This document shows positions 28,601-37,058 of a DNA stretch of 64,000 bases, one piece after another. A program made the translations under genes and the position numbers. Origin of the DNA: Chiloscyllium plagiosum (taxonomy: Eukaryota); NCBI RefSeq assembly GCF_004010195.1, contig NC_057757.1:4312314-4376313 (forward strand). The letters run 5' to 3'. Below the pieces are notes generated by a model. That model worked only from the letters and a program-made list of their open reading frames with translations. It was not told the DNA's origin and ran no database searches. Each line of letters begins with the position of its first letter. Within the stretch, counting starts at the first letter, position 1.

Positions 28601-31600
28601 GGGGACAACCACATCATGGCAGCAAGGGGATTTTAATTGCAATTAATTAACCTGAAATTGAAACTTTTTATCCGTTCTGGTGACCGGGCCAATTATCATA
28701 TTGGACTAGAAATGTTTACTCTGTTTGTCTCTCTCCACAGATGCTGCCAAACCTGCTGAGTTTCTCCAGCAATTTATCTTTCCTTGTTTCAGATTTTTCG
28801 CACCAACTGTGTTTTGTTTTTATTATTTTGTCATGGTCGATCTCTTTAGCGCCAAGAACAATATCCTTCTTGGAAACATTCAATGTTTTGACCACAATCT
28901 CCTCACTCTCTGGAGGAAGAAATTTTTCCTCATCTCAGCCCAACCCCATCGCCTTTAAATTGTGATTCCCCTGGTTCTGGACTCCCCCTGGCCATCAGGA
29001 AGTGAGTAACTCACCTCCTGACACCCCAAAGTCTATCCGCCATTGATAAGGCACAAGTCAGGAGAGTGGTGAAATACTCCCCACTTGCCTGGTTGGGAGC
29101 AGCTCCAACAACACTCAAGAAGCTTGATACCATCCAGGTCAAATTGATTGGTACCACATCCATAAACATTCAATCCCTCCACCACGGGCGCTCAGTAGCA
29201 GCAGTGTGTAATATCTACAAGATGCACTGCAAAAATTCACCAAAGATTGTTAGACAGCACCTTTCCAATCCACGACCACTTCCATCTAGGAGGACAAGGG
29301 CAGCAGGTACTTGGGAACAGCAGCATCCTGCAAGATCCCCTCCAAGCCACTCACCACCCTGACTTGGAAACATACCACCGTTCCCTCACAGTCGTTGGGT
29401 CAAACTCCTGGAATTCCCTCCCTACCAGCATTGTGGGTCAACCCACAGCAAGTGGACTGCAGCGATTCACCCCCACCTTCTTAAGAGCAAATAGGGATGG
29501 GCGATCAATGCTAGCCAGCCAGCGATGCTCAATTCCCACAAATGAATTAAAAAAAAACACCCTTCCTGCAGCTACCTCGTCTAGTCCTGTTAGAATTTCA
29601 TGAGTTACAAATGGATCCCCCTTACTCTTCGAAACTCTCGTAAATATAATCCTAACCGAGCCAATCTCTCATCATACGTCAGTCCCAGGAATTAGTCTGG
29701 TCAACTTTTGCTGCACTCTCTCCATCACCAGAATGTCCTTCCCCAGAAAAGGAGACCAGAACTGTACACAATATTCCAGGAGTGGCTTCTCCAAGGTCCT
29801 GTACAATTGCAGCAAGGCATCCCTGATCCTGTACCTGAATCCTCTCGCTATGAAGGTCAAAATATCATTTCCCTTCTTCACCGTCTGCTGAACCTGCAAT
29901 GTTTGCTTTCAGTGAGTGGTGCACAAAAGGTCTCGTTAGCCCTCTCCCCTCCCCGATCTATCACCGTTCAGATAATAATCTGCCTTCCTGTTTTGTGCCA
30001 CCAAAGTGGATATTTGTACAGCATCCAGTGCACGTGCCCCACTCAATCAACATGTCCAAATCACACTGCACTACCTCCATGTCCTCCTCACAGCTCACCC
30101 TCCCACCGGGGCCGGGAAGTGAAATGAACAAACTGAAATGAACTGGGGATAAACGGTGAAATCCAAGTAAAATTTGACGGAGCAGCACCAACGGAAGGTG
30201 CACGCAATTCTGAACTTTTGAAATGTTGGATTAATTGTGAAAAAAGGGCCAGCATTTCTGCTTAAAATATTAAGCAAAGGTCTGTTTGTTCTACAGGTTT
30301 TGTCCTCAAAGGCACTGAACTTAATTTTATTGTCAGAGAAAGAAAATTGGGATGGAGAGTCTGAGTAATAAACTGCGATTAAAGCGTGTCAGTTAACTGT
30401 CAGTCATCTTCTACCTGGTGCATTCGCTGTAGCTGCTCCTCTCTCAGCCCTTTATCAACCCAACATACCTTAGAATCTTGCTCCCTGCTTCATTCAGTTA
30501 CGAAACATGAGGTCCACTCCTTATGTTTAGTATCCACATAACACTCCTCCCACACTCAAATCCCTCTTGTCAAATCCTGTCTCCTTCCCAAACTCCTTAA
30601 TGGGAAACTAATTAAGGGCTCAAGACAGAAAGGTGGCATATTCCATCAGACTCCTGACTTAGCGTCATGATTTGGAGCTGCCGGTGTTGGACTGGGGAGT
30701 ACAAACCGGGAGTCTCCACAACCACCCGATGAAGGAGCAGCGCTCCGAAAGCTAGTGCTTCCCATTAAACCTGTTGGACTATAACCTGGTGTTGTGTGAT
30801 TTCTGACTTAGAGTTATAGAGTGGTAGAGATATAGAGCATTCAGACAGATCCTTTGGTCCAACTCATCCATGCCGACCAGATACAAAATTAATCTAGTTC
30901 TATTTGCCAACGTTTGGCCCATATCCCTCTAAATCTTTCCTATTCATATACCTAGCCAAGTGCCTTTTAAATATTGTAATTGTGCCAACCTCCACCACTT
31001 CCTCTGGCAGCTCATTCCATATACATACCACCTTCTGCATGAAAAAGTTGCACCTCAGTTCCCTTTTAAATCTTTCCCCTCTCACTCTAAATCTACGCCC
31101 CACAGTTTGGACTCCCCGACCTTGGGGAAAAGAGTTTGTCTATTCACTATATCTATGCCCTTCATAGAGTCATAAAACATGGAAACAGGTCCTTCAGTCC
31201 AACCCAGTCCATGCCCAAGCTAATCCAAAACTAAACTCATCCCCCACCTGCCTGCTCTTGGTCCCAATCCCATCAAATATTTCCTATTCATTTATCTATC
31301 CAAATGTCTTTTAAACGGTGTGTGTGTGCTCACATCCACGACTTGCCCAGGACATTCATTCTCCACGTGAACCACTGTCTGTATAAAAACATTTGTCCCC
31401 TTTTTAAAAATCTCTCCCTTCTCACCTTAAAACTGTGCCCCTCATCTCGAAAATACATCAACTATTAACCCTTTTTGCACCCCTCACGATTTTATAAACT
31501 CGCATAAGGTCACCTCAGGCCCTAAACCTCAAAGGCCTGAGAAGGGGGAGTTGATCACAGAAGGATTCCCAGCTTCAGGGTTAGCCCTGATGACCTACCC

Positions 31601-34254
31601 TTCGGTTGACCCTTAGCTCCCAATGACGGCGTGTGTGCAGGGTGGTGGGCAAGGCGGGCAAAGAGATAGCCCCTCTCTGGCGCCTGATCGTCACGCACGG
31701 AGCTTTTCAGAAATGGTTGACGTGCTATACAATCGAGAAGCAGCAGAGAGGATGGGAGTGGGCAGGGGGGGGTGGGGGGGTGGGGAGGGGGGGGGGGGGT
31801 GGAGGTGGTGGGGTCGGAAACTTTGACAGCCCGTAACCTGACCTCATGCGTTTTCCCTCTCGCCCTCCCTCTCCCCGCGGCGCAGTGAAACGCTGCCAGA
31901 CCGACAGTGAGTGCGAGAAGGGAGAAAGTTGTTGCCTCAACCTGTGCGTGCCCTCATTTCTGAAACTGGTCGCCTGAAGCTGTCGGGGTGAGTCATACCC
32001 TCTCGCATTGTCTCCTTTATGCTGTGGCATACTCACTGCACCCGGAGAAAACCTACGCAGACACAGGGAGAATGTGCATACTCTACACAGGCAGTCGCCT
32101 GAGGGTGGAATCAAACCCTGGCGCTGTGAGGCAGCAGTGCTAACCACTGAGCCACCGTGCCACAAATAAATGCTGTGCATAGCAAACAACACCCTCATCT
32201 TGGTCCCTAAGTGGACCCTTCCCTCCCAAAGCCCTTACCTTTGACTGTCAAGCTCAGCTTCATTTCCCTACCCACCGCTCCAAAACTTCATCCACCAGCT
32301 CCACCCGACCACCTCTCCTACTGCCCATTGACACCCTCGCTCCCCCCAGAATCTGAGCGGTGTCTGGCTGGAGGAGAAGTGCGACTGACCCCCACACCTC
32401 TTTTGTCCGCTCTGGCATGTTCCAGCCCCTGGAAGACCCCTGGCAGCAAACCCCTCGGGCCACACTTCAGCGTCCCTCCTCTGCATCATGCTGCATGACC
32501 CCTGTCCACATTCAGGGGGCTCTGAGCTCCTCCCTCAGAACTCCCTCTCTGCAGGGCAGCTCCAGACCGGCAGATTGGCAGGGTGGAGGCACTGTTTTAA
32601 GGTTGGCATCGGATACCCCATGGGTCGCTCCAGTTACAGGGCATGGAATGAGGATACTGGGAGAGGGGGGGGGAGGTTACGCAAGTTAATGAGGCGTGTC
32701 TGGCGAGATATCTGACATGGGGAATCAAAGAATCCTTCCCAAGTGTGGAAAGTGGCCATTCGGCCCATCGGGTCTTCCCCTAGCCCTCCGAAGAGCAGCC
32801 CATCCAAAGACTGCCCTCACGAACCCTCATTTCCCATGGTCCATCCATGGACACTGCGTCGAACGATTCAGCACAGCCCATCTACCCTAGCCTACGTATC
32901 GTTGGGAGGAAACCGGAACACCCGGAGGGAGCAGACGCGGTGGGAAGAGGGTATGGGTGAATGTGCAAACTCCGCACGGGCGGGGTGGGATCGAACCCTG
33001 GTCCCTGGTGTTGTGAGGCAACGGCGCTAACCACTGAAGCACTGGACCACCTCACTCGCTGGTCCTGGTGAGAATCCCTCCAAACAAAGACCAGCACTTA
33101 GCCAAAGGGAAAAGTCAAATTCAACGTGACTCAGCAACATGGCTGATTCTTAACTGCCCTCAGGGCAATTAAGGATGGGCAATAAATGCTGGGCCTATCC
33201 AGCGACAGCTAACTCCTGTGAATGAATGAAACGAATCTCATAGCATTGACGTTTCTGATCACCCCACCATGGATAGAGACCCCCCAACTTGTCCTAACGT
33301 TCCTCAAACCCTTCCCTCTCTCCATCCCGGGAGTCCATTGAATTGAAGAAGTATCACAGAGGCCTTACAGCGTGAGAGCTGGCCACTCGACCCATCAAGT
33401 CCAAGCCAACCCTCTGAAGACCAACCTGCCCAATCGAGCGCCTCCCTTAAATAATCCAAGCAGGATTTTCAAAGCAGATTGGACTTTGGTCTTTGTAACC
33501 ACAGATCTGCCCATCAATCCTTGGGCTAAAGACTCTTCACCTCTTTGCCCTCCTCTGCCCTTGTATTTTTGAACAAAATCCCCTTTCCCCACTTCATAGC
33601 TCTCCAAGCACAACGGCATTTGCCTCACTTCTGCCCGGTAAATTCTGACAGTTACAGTGAATGTACGCTAACATTTCTTTCCTGACTTTCAGGAAACCCT
33701 TTCGGGATTGGATTCCTGACGGACAGAATTGTCGTTTCTACCCCTATAACCTGCTTGTGTGTGACATCAGCAGCTCCCTTCACCATTAGATCAGTATCAT
33801 GGAGGACAACACTGGAACCCACCGCCGAAGACCACCCTGTTTGTTGGAGGACAGTCACCAGTCATACCATCCTATTTGAGAATGGTCTTCCTTAATCCCA
33901 GACTTAGGAAATGATTGCCAACCAAGCACTGAAACTGTTGAGTGGGGATTTGGCTCACCGCCGTGTACATCAACGTGTACAGGACTCGATTGAGGAAAGC
34001 AACCGAGGAGTTGTGGTCTCAAAATCCTCTTCATCTGTAAATATCAATGAGGTCAGATTGAGTTGATCTCCCATGGGTTGGGTTGAGTTCAGTTGGAAGT
34101 CTTACCCTTGAATCAAGTTAAAATCAGCTGCAGTTCTTTGGAACTGAACTCCAGAGGGGGAGGGGCTTTCTGGGTTGGGTTGAGTGAAGATGGACTCCAA
34201 TTAGCTTCTGTATCAATGGTGGATGATGTAATTGCATCTTGCTTGCTTAATAAA
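1570..34254 (+). CDS. Gene A (5'-incomplete model): microexon-built Gly/Tyr/Lys/Pro-rich protein with Cys-rich C-terminus
   Basis: About a dozen intact phase 1-1 microexons (tgtttgttccacag / gtattg or ctccaacag / gtaatg), a Cys exon with stop at 31975-31977, a downstream acceptor at 33692 and AATAAA at 34249. Confidence 0.7.
1868..2230 (-). mobile_element. Penelope-like element fragment with inverted piece
   Basis: EAWHSSTNSINKHIDLDPIYQPL (-) and HEFDWDNTTIIGQ (+), GIY-YIG end; hammerhead motif. Confidence 0.8.
1937..1976 (-). ncRNA. Minimal type I hammerhead ribozyme motif (Penelope-associated)
   Basis: gcaCUGAUGAugucaccuagccaggggacGAAAcguuugc; gca/ugc stem I. Confidence 0.65.
2236..2256 (+). 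CDS. Microexon, 21 nt, VGPGYGP (pyrimidine tract replaced by TE insertion)
   Basis: aacag|TGGGGCCTGGTTACGGTCCAG|gtaatg. Confidence 0.5.
2889..2909 (+). CDS. Microexon, 21 nt, VKIFVGK (divergent)
   Basis: tttgctccacag|TGAAAATTTTTGTCGGAAAAG|gtattg. Confidence 0.5.
3370..3390 (+). pseudogene. Dead microexon copy VGSLYGP (donor lost)
   Basis: ttcaaaag|TGGGATCTCTTTATGGTCCAG|aattac. Confidence 0.6.
4036..4056 (+). CDS. Microexon, 21 nt, GKGYDDK
   Basis: ttccacag|GGAAAGGTTATGATGACAAAG|gtattg. Confidence 0.8.
4518..4538 (+). CDS. Microexon, 21 nt, VGPGYGP
   Basis: tttttctccaacag|TGGGGCCTGGTTACGGTCCAG|gtaatg. Confidence 0.8.
4847..4867 (+). pseudogene. Microexon copy GKGYGRK with AG>AC acceptor
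   Basis: ttccacac|GGAAAGGTTATGGCAGGAAAG|gtattg. Confidence 0.55.
5320..5340 (+). CDS. Microexon, 21 nt, VGHGYGP
   Basis: ctccaacag|TGGGACATGGTTACGGTCCAG|gtaatg. Confidence 0.78.
5989..6009 (+). CDS. Microexon, 21 nt, VKVYNGK (weaker acceptor)
   Basis: tttgaagcacag|TGAAAGTTTATAACGGAAAAG|gtattc. Confidence 0.5.
6433..6454 (+). pseudogene. Degenerate D-type microexon copy
   Basis: ttcaaag|ATGGGAGCTCTTTATGTTCCAG|gcaata; 22 nt, GC donor. Confidence 0.5.
7108..7128 (+). CDS. Microexon, 21 nt, GKGYDDK
   Basis: tttgttccacag|GGAAAGGTTACGATGACAAAG|gtattg; synonymous TAT/TAC vs 4036 copy. Confidence 0.8.
7509..7529 (+). CDS. Microexon, 21 nt, VGPGYGP
   Basis: tctccaacag|TGGGACCTGGTTATGGCCCAG|gtaatg; three synonymous changes vs 4518 copy. 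Confidence 0.82.
8188..8208 (+). CDS. Microexon, 21 nt, VKGFDGK
   Basis: tttgttccacag|TGAAAGGTTTTGATGGAAAAG|gtattg. Confidence 0.7.
8425..8878 (+). repeat. ~70-bp minisatellite, ~6.5 copies
   Basis: gtaaagctccctctacactgtccccatcaaacactcccaggacagggacagcacgggttagatacaga repeats. Confidence 0.9.
8880..9095. mobile_element. Palindromic Penelope-derived short element (also at 37340-37521, 54317-54470, 60190-60350)
   Basis: Inverted arms ~100 bp around gaagggctcatgcccgaaacgtc. Confidence 0.8.
9379..9399 (+). pseudogene. D-type microexon VGPLYSP with GC donor
   Basis: ttcaaaag|TGGGACCTCTTTACAGTCCAG|gcaaag. Confidence 0.5.
9946..10445. other. Assembly gap (others: 35217-35716, 46767-47327, 50717-51216, 55939-56855)
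   Basis: N runs. Confidence 1.
11056..11073 (+). CDS. Candidate microexon, 18 nt, GLPYDV
   Basis: ctgacaatag|GACTTCCTTATGATGTAG|gtattt, in a diverged B/D-type intron context. Confidence 0.35.
   Translation, partial: DFLMM
11095..13172. mobile_element. Three CR1/HER1 LINE 3' fragments (11095-11475 -, 11790-12290 +, 12583-13172 -)
   Basis: RT C-terminal motifs (LERVQ-RF, LFSLE-RRLRGDL, WNELP) plus the shared 3' tail. Confidence 0.85.
13180..13375. mobile_element. Palindromic element with decayed hammerhead cores (family also at 30665-30810 and in each array-3 unit)
   Basis: tttgaaatcacaagctttc...ccttcatcag / gatgaagaagcagcgctttgaaagcttgtgatttcaaa. Confidence 0.75.
13438..13459 (+). pseudogene. 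Degenerate microexon copy (22 nt, frameshifting)
   Basis: tttgctccacag|AAAAAAAGTCATAGCAGCAAAG|gtgata. Confidence 0.45.
14000..15120. mobile_element. CR1 fragments (14000-14615 +; 14760-15120 -)
   Basis: [37 protein letters not shown]. Confidence 0.85.
15400..15420 (+). pseudogene. Dead microexon GKGYVSK (AC acceptor, GC donor)
   Basis: attccacac|GGAAAGGTTACGTTAGCAAAG|gcatta. Confidence 0.6.
15617..17155 (-). mobile_element. Two CR1 fragments (15617-15970, 16355-17155) within a local duplication
   Basis: MEFNLNKCKMLYF...[20 protein letters not shown]. Confidence 0.85.
16132..16152 (+). pseudogene. Microexon with in-frame stop GKG* but intact splice sites
   Basis: tttgttccacag|GGAAAGGTTAAGACTTCAAGG|gtatta. 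Confidence 0.6.
17319..17336 (+). CDS. Microexon, 18 nt, GKGYDK
   Basis: tttgttccacag|GGAAAGGTTATGACAAAG|gtacgg. Confidence 0.72.
18105..18470 (+). mobile_element. DeuSINE-like SINE with L2-type tail (relatives at 19940-20255, 33130-33230, 34370-34620)
   Basis: tctggttcactaatgtcctttagggaaggaaa...ggcaattagggatgggcaataaatgctggg. Confidence 0.7.
20415..21215 (+). mobile_element. HE1-like SINE with internal ~52-bp tandem expansion (~10 copies)
   Basis: tRNA-like head; repeated gatgtgcaggttagggtggattggccatgctaaattgtcccatagtgtccagg; SINE tail. Confidence 0.85.
21280..21294 (+). CDS. Microexon, 15 nt, GYGPK
   Basis: actaac branch point...tttatccccacag|GCTATGGCCCCAAAG|gtatgg. Confidence 0.75.
21589..21609 (+). 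CDS. Microexon, 21 nt, GKGYRGT
   Basis: cactaac...tttgtttcacag|GCAAAGGATATAGAGGCACAG|gtatgg. Confidence 0.75.
21648..22790 (+). mobile_element. CR1 RT fragment interrupted by an HE1-like SINE (22412-22720, -)
   Basis: SKFADDAKIG, LYRTLVRPLLEY, LERVQKRFTRMLPG. Confidence 0.9.
23560..24625 (-). mobile_element. Penelope-like element fragment (RT end + GIY-YIG) enclosed by inverted arms
   Basis: AQHFNSPSHS...ERLIFCLGTLQPQG; inverted TDIFYKPTDSHSYLDY; arms 23563-23640 / 24522-24590. Confidence 0.85.
24855..25560. mobile_element. HE1-like SINE 5' part (+) followed by a CR1 fragment (-)
   Basis: ggtggctcagcagttagcact head; LQLYRTLVRPLFEYCVQF. Confidence 0.85.
26051..26633. mobile_element. Non-autonomous element with ~150-bp imperfect terminal inverted repeats
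   Basis: ttatggacccaagcagacccctc vs gagggtgtctgctctggtccataa; tggtcaaattactc...caaaacacaa vs ttgtgttttg...gagtagtttgacca. Confidence 0.7.
27500..28155 (-). mobile_element. CR1 fragment
   Basis: LQLYKTLVRPHFNYCLQFWSPHYRKDVEALERVQKRFTRM. Confidence 0.9.
28259..28279 (+). CDS. Microexon, 21 nt, GSYYFDK
   Basis: actaatctgtttcttccacag|GATCGTATTATTTTGACAAAG|gtattg. Confidence 0.65.
29000..29550 (+). mobile_element. L2/CR1-group LINE 3' end
   Basis: YSPLAWLGAAPTTLKKLDTIQ...SLHHGRSVAAVCNIYKMHC; tail shared with the 18105 SINE. Confidence 0.75.
29560..31520 (-). mobile_element. CR1 fragments (29560-30100, 30820-31165, 31165-31520)
   Basis: [33 protein letters not shown]. Confidence 0.8.
30297..30311 (+). 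pseudogene. Degenerate microexon GFVLK, GC donor
   Basis: tgtttgttctacag|GTTTTGTCCTCAAAG|gcactg. Confidence 0.4.
31886..31977 (+). CDS. Candidate last coding exon VKRCQTDSECEKGESCCLNLCVPSFLKLVA* (half-WAP-like Cys motif)
   Basis: Long pyrimidine tract ending gcgcag, phase 1 matching the microexons, TGA at 31975-31977, donor GGG|gtgagt at 31988. Confidence 0.65.
32040..33040 (-). mobile_element. HE1-like SINE pieces (32040-32162, 32735-33040)
   Basis: Reverse complement of ggcacggtggctcagtggttagcactgctgcctcacagcgcc. Confidence 0.75.
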
Positions 34255-34270
34255 CTATTCCTGCATCATA
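33693..34270 (+). other. Candidate terminal (3'UTR) exon of gene A
   Basis: gctaac branch + atttctttcctgactttcag acceptor; repeat-free; AATAAA at 34249-34254. Confidence 0.5.
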
Positions 34271-34820
34271 AAGGACTCGTTGATGATTTCTAGAAGCATG
34301 TAACCCGTCACATTTATTTAATCCTATTTTTCACTCTTTATTCTTCAATAAATATTTTGATACTTTCATGGGTTTTGGGTATCGCTGGCTAGGCCAACAT
34401 TTGTCACCCATTTCTAATTGTTCCTTGAACTGAGTGACTTGCGAAGGACAGTTGCCAGTCAACTCCATTGGCTGAGGGTCTGGAACCATGTGCAGGCCCA
34501 GACTGGGAAAGGACTGCAGATTTCCTTGCCTAAAGGGCATTACTGACCCAGATAGGGGTTTTTATACCAACTGATGATAGTTCTATAATAAGTATCACTG
34601 AGATGGGATTTCAGCTCCTGAATTTAGGTGAACTGATTTACAGCTAGCAGGTCAACAAACACATTGATTTAGACCCCATTTACCACCCGCTGAGAAAAAG
34701 AACAGGAAGTGACATCACCGGAGGAAATGACATCACCACGGGAAATGGTATCACCAACCCAAGGAAACCTAAACACATAAATAGAAAGCGGGTCACTAAC
34801 ACCAATGCTTCACCGGAGGC

Positions 34821-34860
34821 TCACTGATGATTTTATCTAGCATGGTGACGAAACATCTGA
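34821..34860 (+). ncRNA. Hammerhead-like motif in a Penelope 3' fragment (34640-34900)
   Basis: ucaCUGAUGA...ggugacGAAAcaucuga; stem II partly decayed; upstream INKHIDLDPIY motif. Confidence 0.5.
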
Positions 34861-37037
34861 GAATGAACCTTCCAGCTCAGCGAGCAAACTCACATCCTGA
34901 ATTTCAGCTTCCCAACCATTATTCCATGGAATCAGTCGACACGATAATACTTTGGCAAAATGAAACGGTGTTGCCAAAACAAAAGTTCCATGTTTTGTGT
35001 CTAATAATGTGAGAGGTGAAAGGATGGTTGTGGTTGTTAGAGGTCCATCATCTCATCTGCAGGACATGTCTGTGAGAGTTCCTCAGGGTAGTGTCCTAGG
35101 CCCAACCATCTTCAGCTGCTTCATCAATGACCTTCCCTCCATCATAAGTCCAGTTTACTGACAATTGATCCTTGTGGTTTTTTCAACCTCTATAAGGCCT
35201 CCTCTCAACCCTCCCANNNNNNNNNNNNNNNNNNNNNNNNNNNNNNNNNNNNNNNNNNNNNNNNNNNNNNNNNNNNNNNNNNNNNNNNNNNNNNNNNNNN
35301 NNNNNNNNNNNNNNNNNNNNNNNNNNNNNNNNNNNNNNNNNNNNNNNNNNNNNNNNNNNNNNNNNNNNNNNNNNNNNNNNNNNNNNNNNNNNNNNNNNNN
35401 NNNNNNNNNNNNNNNNNNNNNNNNNNNNNNNNNNNNNNNNNNNNNNNNNNNNNNNNNNNNNNNNNNNNNNNNNNNNNNNNNNNNNNNNNNNNNNNNNNNN
35501 NNNNNNNNNNNNNNNNNNNNNNNNNNNNNNNNNNNNNNNNNNNNNNNNNNNNNNNNNNNNNNNNNNNNNNNNNNNNNNNNNNNNNNNNNNNNNNNNNNNN
35601 NNNNNNNNNNNNNNNNNNNNNNNNNNNNNNNNNNNNNNNNNNNNNNNNNNNNNNNNNNNNNNNNNNNNNNNNNNNNNNNNNNNNNNNNNNNNNNNNNNNN
35701 NNNNNNNNNNNNNNNNTTTATTATCTATCCATCTGTCTGTCTACCTATCTGACTGTATGTCTATCTATCTATCTATCTGTCTGTCTGTATATCTGTCAGT
35801 CCGTCCGTCTATCTATCCATTTCTTTGTCTGTCTATGTATCCATCTGTCTGTCTGTCTGTTTATCTGTCTGTCTACATATGTATCCATTTATCTATCTAA
35901 TCCGTTCCAACATATCTGTCGCTGTGATTGTTTTATCGAAAATGGAAAACTTTTTTCGATCCAGACTCACTCCATTTCACCTTTATAATATTCCAGTGGA
36001 CCACATTTATCAACATTTTTATTAAACAGTGAAGGATCAGGTACGGATGTTGAGATTGCTTTAGAAAAGACTTAATGCAGGTGTTAAATTACTGATTGTA
36101 AGACATGAGCTTGGTCCTAGATGTTGTCAGATTTTAAATCCACTTCATGAAAGCAAGGTTGTTCAATTTTGAGTATGATTTGGTTAATGCTGACACCTCA
36201 GGGCAGGACAGAGGTGAGTTACAGAGAGACATTGCAAACACAGCCTGGTTAATGCTCACATCTCAGGGCAGGACACAGCTGAGTAAAATGAGAGACATTA
36301 CAAACACAGCCTGGTTAATGCTCATATCTCAGGGCAGGACAGAGCTGAGTAACAGAGAAACATTACAAACACGGCCTGATTAATACTGATATCTCAGGAC
36401 AGGACAGGCTGGAGTAGCTCAGAACCTCCTTTGCTCGAGTTTAATAATCTGATTAATTTCCCCCTGGGTATGGACACGTACAGCAGGTCGCTTGAAAAAT
36501 CTTGGTTTAAGGAATACACCCACCCCACTCGATATTGGAACAATCTTGGATAACAGTATTAATGACTCTCGCCCATTTTGTCTGCTGTCTTTATTGTACA
36601 TTGCACACAGCTAGAACTTCCTTTCTATGGGATTTCCGCTGTCACCATCAGAATAATGTGCTCAGTGTCCCTGTTGTGTTTTCAGAGACACAGATCAGGA
36701 GGTTAGAGTCTGAGATCTCTCAGGAAGGAGCTGATATGAGGAGTTGATGCCACGATCCCTATTGACAGCTGAATGTCTCAACCAGCAGCAACGTTTGCCC
36801 CCAGGCCCATTGACTGCTTTAGGTTAGGAAACGGCAGATTGTTGTCATATTATACTCAATTCTCAGCCACTGGTACCAAGAACAGAACATTGATGCCCTG
36901 GGCACTGTATCTGGGGAGTTGTGTCACCATGGGGACAGTCAGGCTGCAGTATATGGATATGTGTCTATCTCTCACCCACATGCTCAGTCTCTCTTATTGC
37001 TGATAGAGAATGAGATCTCTTAGTTTAAAGATATTAC

Positions 37038-37058
37038 CTCCATGTCCGTGACGATAAC
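37038..37058 (-). CDS. Microexon, 21 nt, GYRHGHG
   Basis: tctgtttgttccacag|GTTATCGTCACGGACATGGAG|gtaata. Confidence 0.8.

Noticed and set aside
31617..31670. Upstream exon supplying the first WAP cysteines (APNDGVCAG)
   Set aside because: No convincing in-phase donor; runs into a stop.
1570..34254. Assignment to elastin, collagen or SCPP genes
   Set aside because: No poly-Ala/Lys domains or CGRKRK-type end, no strict Gly-X-Y, and SCPP exons are phase 0 whereas these are phase 1; no symbol assigned.
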